DNA of 64,000 nucleotides from Dudresnaya verticillata (lineage: Eukaryota): positions 868,001 to 932,000 of the forward strand of contig OZ374558.1 of NCBI GenBank assembly GCA_977862235.1. The letters run 5' to 3'. The position numbers were made by a program, and so were the translations under genes. The notes beneath the pieces were generated by a model that saw nothing but the letters and a program-made list of their open reading frames with translations, was not told where the DNA came from and made no database searches. Positions 60,440 through 64,000 of the stretch are shown piece after piece; the stretch's first letter is position 1, and each line of letters opens with the position of its first letter.

Positions 60440-62790
60440 GAAGGTCTCAAGGCATTGAAGTTGTACGAGTGAACCCAGTAATGATAATTGAGAAAATTCA
60501 GCAAAGCCTAGTTGAAATGCACAAAGAAGTTTCTGAAAAGGTTTCAAAGAACCGGAAGAAGAAAATAAGTTACCATAATAAGAAGACAAACGTTATTTGT
60601 CCCAGTTTTACTGTCGGCGACTTCGTACTAGTACGAAGAGCAGAAAAAAGGCCATAAACTCACATTCTGCTGGTTAGGCCCTTGTAAGATTTACTCAAGC
60701 TGTTGGGGAAGCAGTCTACAATGTTAGCGGGGTTTTCGATGAGAAAACGGAGATAGTACACGCCGCAAGGTTGTCACCGTATAGATCTGATTCCGTTGGA
60801 AAGGATATTTCTCAGAAATTGCTGAGACATGCAGAGCATATCGAAAACAAATTCGAAATGGTCGAAAATTACTGAACATTGGAGAGAATAAAGAAGGAAT
60901 TTCTATTCCGGTGCAGTGGCTAGGACAGCCGGAGAAAACAGACTGGACGTGGCAGCACATTTCAAAACTATATGAAGACGTACCGGAAAAGGTTACAGAT
61001 TTTCTGATAAAGTCTTGTAAGAAGCTAGTAGCCAACTCGAAAGGAAATCACCATTGAGATCAAGTAATGTTTGGTGTGAGCACGTTAAACAAGCATGGGG
61101 CTCTGTGGAGAATGTTTCCACGTTCACAGCAGGAAGGTGCTCGGCCCAAGGCGCAGTAAATCTCGGATTACCTTATAAGGAAACTATGATGAAAGAAGGT
61201 TCCTTTTAGTTCTGCCTTAGTCAAATAGTCGTGTCTGGCAGACCCTGCGGTAGATTATTTTCGTAGTGCGTTACTGGGTAGAGCTGAGACCAGTTGAGAG
61301 ACATAAATAGGGCGGGTCTCGGCATTTACACTGGAGGGGGTAAAATTTGTCAACTAGAGTCGGAAGGGCTGAATGCACACGTTTGAGTTCATACAGCGAA
61401 TCGGATGATCCAGGTGTCTTTGGAAGGGTCGAAGGTCGTCAACAAGGGTGAAATTGAGCCGAGGAAACAAATAGACCCATATGGGGGGCTGTGAACGCAG
61501 CAGACCTAGAGCACGGATCTGGAGATGTGGGAGGGGTACGAGTATGCCAAGGAGAATTCAGCAAGGATGGTAACAGAAGGAGCCAAAAAATACAAGCAAC
61601 CAGGACAAGCAAAGAATAATCTGAGATATAGGATCCACATATCACGAAAAGAGATAAAGACGTGGCGCAAAGACCAAGACCAAGGGTTGTAGTTTTATGA
61701 CAGTGAATGCACTTAAATCTCTTCAGAAACGGTCGCAAATTAAGGTTATGAGTCTCAAGAACACTACAACAAACTGTTTGATAGAGTAATTTGCTAACGC
61801 TGCGGGTTGGTTAGCACCCTCTGCTCCGATTGCTTGGATGGGTGTTTCCCTTGTTTCGGAACACTTTTCGCAATCGATGGGCTGCGTGCATCACAACGAA
61901 CCGATGTCCCAAACTGAAATATTTTGCAGTGCCTTTATGGTTAAGCTCTATCGTGACGTTACTTCAGGCGGGGCGGCCCCGCTGCTGTTGTTACCTATCG
62001 TATGTCTCTAACGGCTTAGTGCAAGCAGTAGCTAGCACTGAAGCATTCAATAGCCTTTAGGTGCAATCCTTTTCCCTTCTTCGCAAACAATTAGGAGTTT
62101 CTCCTATCGCCCTATAAAGTCCCCCATTCTCTCTCACTAAAAGCCCAGGAGAGGTGTAAACGGCGAGAATATGCCATGGATGTGGCGAACTCCTCTTGCG
62201 GAGCCACGCATCTACAGGCTTGGACCAAGAACTCCGTCGCCGCGTAGAAGCTCTCTAGATATTGGAAGAGCTCGGTAAAGGACCGAACAGAAACGGATAA
62301 CTCTCTAGAAAGAAGCTAGAGAATGAGTGCAGTAGAAGTAGACCTTCTGAGGGGCTTCACCCAGCTGGGATTGGACGCGGCTTTTTTAGAAAGCCGCCCA
62401 CAGAAATTCCCCACAGCGTGGACCAAAATGCAGGCTTACAGTGTATGCACACCTCTGGACAAAAGAAGGCTCTGGAGGGGCTGCCATAGTTGGTTATGCT
62501 GGCCCGTCAGCACAGTACCTTAACGAAAAGGGATATTGCGGACATACGGATAATGACGGACAAAACTATGCGACCATTACGAAGACCTACAGCAGCCAAT
62601 GCACCCCACCCGGGCATCGTCAGCTTGCACAGAGCCATTACCCAATGCTCAATAGAGTTCGCGCCACAAAAACCGAAACCCACCCACCCAGGAGAACCCC
62701 CATGACCAGCCATCCACCCCAACACCTGCCCCTTCCCCTATATCCGTTTTAATCCAATTCTTCAAAGAAGGTCCGACAGAGCACTCCTAA

Positions 62791-63346
62791 ATGCTTCACG
62801 AAATCGTAATGGCTCCTAAGATGGGTCGCCAGGCTCTGCAGCGGAAAACCAAGAACAAGCTGCGAAACGGAGTGCAGGACGCGCCCAGGCGCTGGATCTA
62901 CTTCGCTCCACCACGCACTCCATCCGTAAACTTGCAGCCGCCACTGGAGTATCGAAAACGGTCGTCGGCGAACTCAAAGAATGGGTACGTCGCGATCAGC
63001 AAGCATTGACAAAGTTCTGGTCTGCCGTGGCCCTGGAAGACGAACGGTTCGCACGGAAGAAGAGTGAATAAGCAAGGATCGTATCCGTTTCGCTGCTGCA
63101 AGAGGCTTTGCAATTGACCACAATGGTATAAAGCACTTTATGTCGCGAATAGCAGCTAACGGGAGACCAGGATGGCGCAATGGCATTATTTGTGAGGATA
63201 CAATCCGAGCATTTCGTGCACGACACAGGGACATCACCTGTCGAGAGGCCGAGAACAAAGAGACTGCTAAATTGTTTGCTGAAGACAGAGCGCAGGTGCG
63301 AACATTTCATACTGCACTAGAATAAGTGGAGGCCATTTGTGGCATA
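62791..63346 (+). pseudogene. Probable pogo/Tc1-mariner transposase N-terminal (CENP-B-type HTH) fragment
   Basis: IRFAAARGFAI...FMSRIA...IRAFRARHRDITCRE resembles the F..RH..I..R end of CENP-B HTH; cut by the LTR at 63347. Confidence 0.5.
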
Positions 63347-64000
63347 TGTAGTATCTCGAAAAGCACCACCGCGTGCGAGGCCAAAACGAGACCCCAAGAC
63401 GACAAAAAAGACCGAGTGGATTTCGAAGAAACTGGCCAAACGTAGAACGGAACTTCGCGCCGGTAGCAAGAGTGGTAGAGCGGGAGCACGCAGACGAAGT
63501 CGTGGCCAGATCTCCGATGAGGACAGAAAATGGCCAAGTTGGGGGACCGGTTACCAATTTTGCTCCCAACCTCTCGCAGGACGGTTTCGTTCCTATTCTG
63601 GCCAAGCCCTAGTGTGTGGCCGTCTAAATAGACCCAAAAGCGAGCATCTGAGCTAATCTACAGCTATTCTACAGTTAGTGGCCGCGGTTACTCACCATGG
63701 CCCAAAACATCTTCCTCGAATCCTGGCTTCGGGCCAATGTTAGAACCCTGCGGAATTAAATCGAGTGCTTGTCAGTTGATCAGTGGTCATAATAGTTGGA
63801 TTTGTTCTTGATTTTTCCATGCTTGGCCCCGTGATTGAGTATTGCGGCCAAATCCCTTTCCGTGATCTGATCCGATATTGATCCCGATTCGCGTATCCAG
63901 ACTTTCCAAGTATGACAATTTTCTTGCGCTGGCCACATGGCTGACACGCATACACGTGTGATCTCCGTGTTGTGCGTGTGGTTCCTTGTCGTCGCCCATC
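63347..64000. mobile_element. LTR family A, copy 4, running off the window
   Basis: TGTAGTATCTC start; collinear with 40863-41645. Confidence 0.9.

Larger units (their letters stand above)
54466..61395 (+). mobile_element. Ty3/gypsy element with chromodomain integrase; PR/RT region missing where YR element F sits; solo LTR inside the integrase
   Basis: LTR pair 54466-~54809 and 61104-61395; gag relic MPVTRNG... from 54891; integrase PNEVVNFDFIFM...RDDLSSY, WLGP; chromodomain VQWLGQPEKTDWTWQHISKLYEDVP (~60870-61000). Confidence 0.85.

Overview
This is a eukaryotic, transposon-saturated region with no intact host gene. The GC-rich, intron-poor TE set resembles florideophyte red algal genomes (inference). 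It is a nested TE cluster containing: (i) four related DIRS/PAT-like tyrosine-recombinase (YR) retrotransposons (gag, RT-RNaseH-degenerate methylase, YR). Three begin with CTTTTCA and two are nearly complete, with an unusual A...A+unique-tail structure. (ii) Two YR retroelements of a second, methylase-less type. (iii) A Mutator (MULE) transposon whose transposase carries an N-terminal HPD-containing J-domain. (iv) A piggyBac-like transposase with a YqaJ/lambda-exonuclease domain inserted between its catalytic aspartates. (v) A Harbinger/PIF transposase, two LINEs, a chromodomain Gypsy element, Copia relics, a pogo-like fragment and about ten solo LTRs that all appear co-oriented. (vi) One HAD-IIB (trehalose-phosphatase/Cof-like) pseudogene. 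All calls come from motif reading and by-eye alignment; no database search was run.
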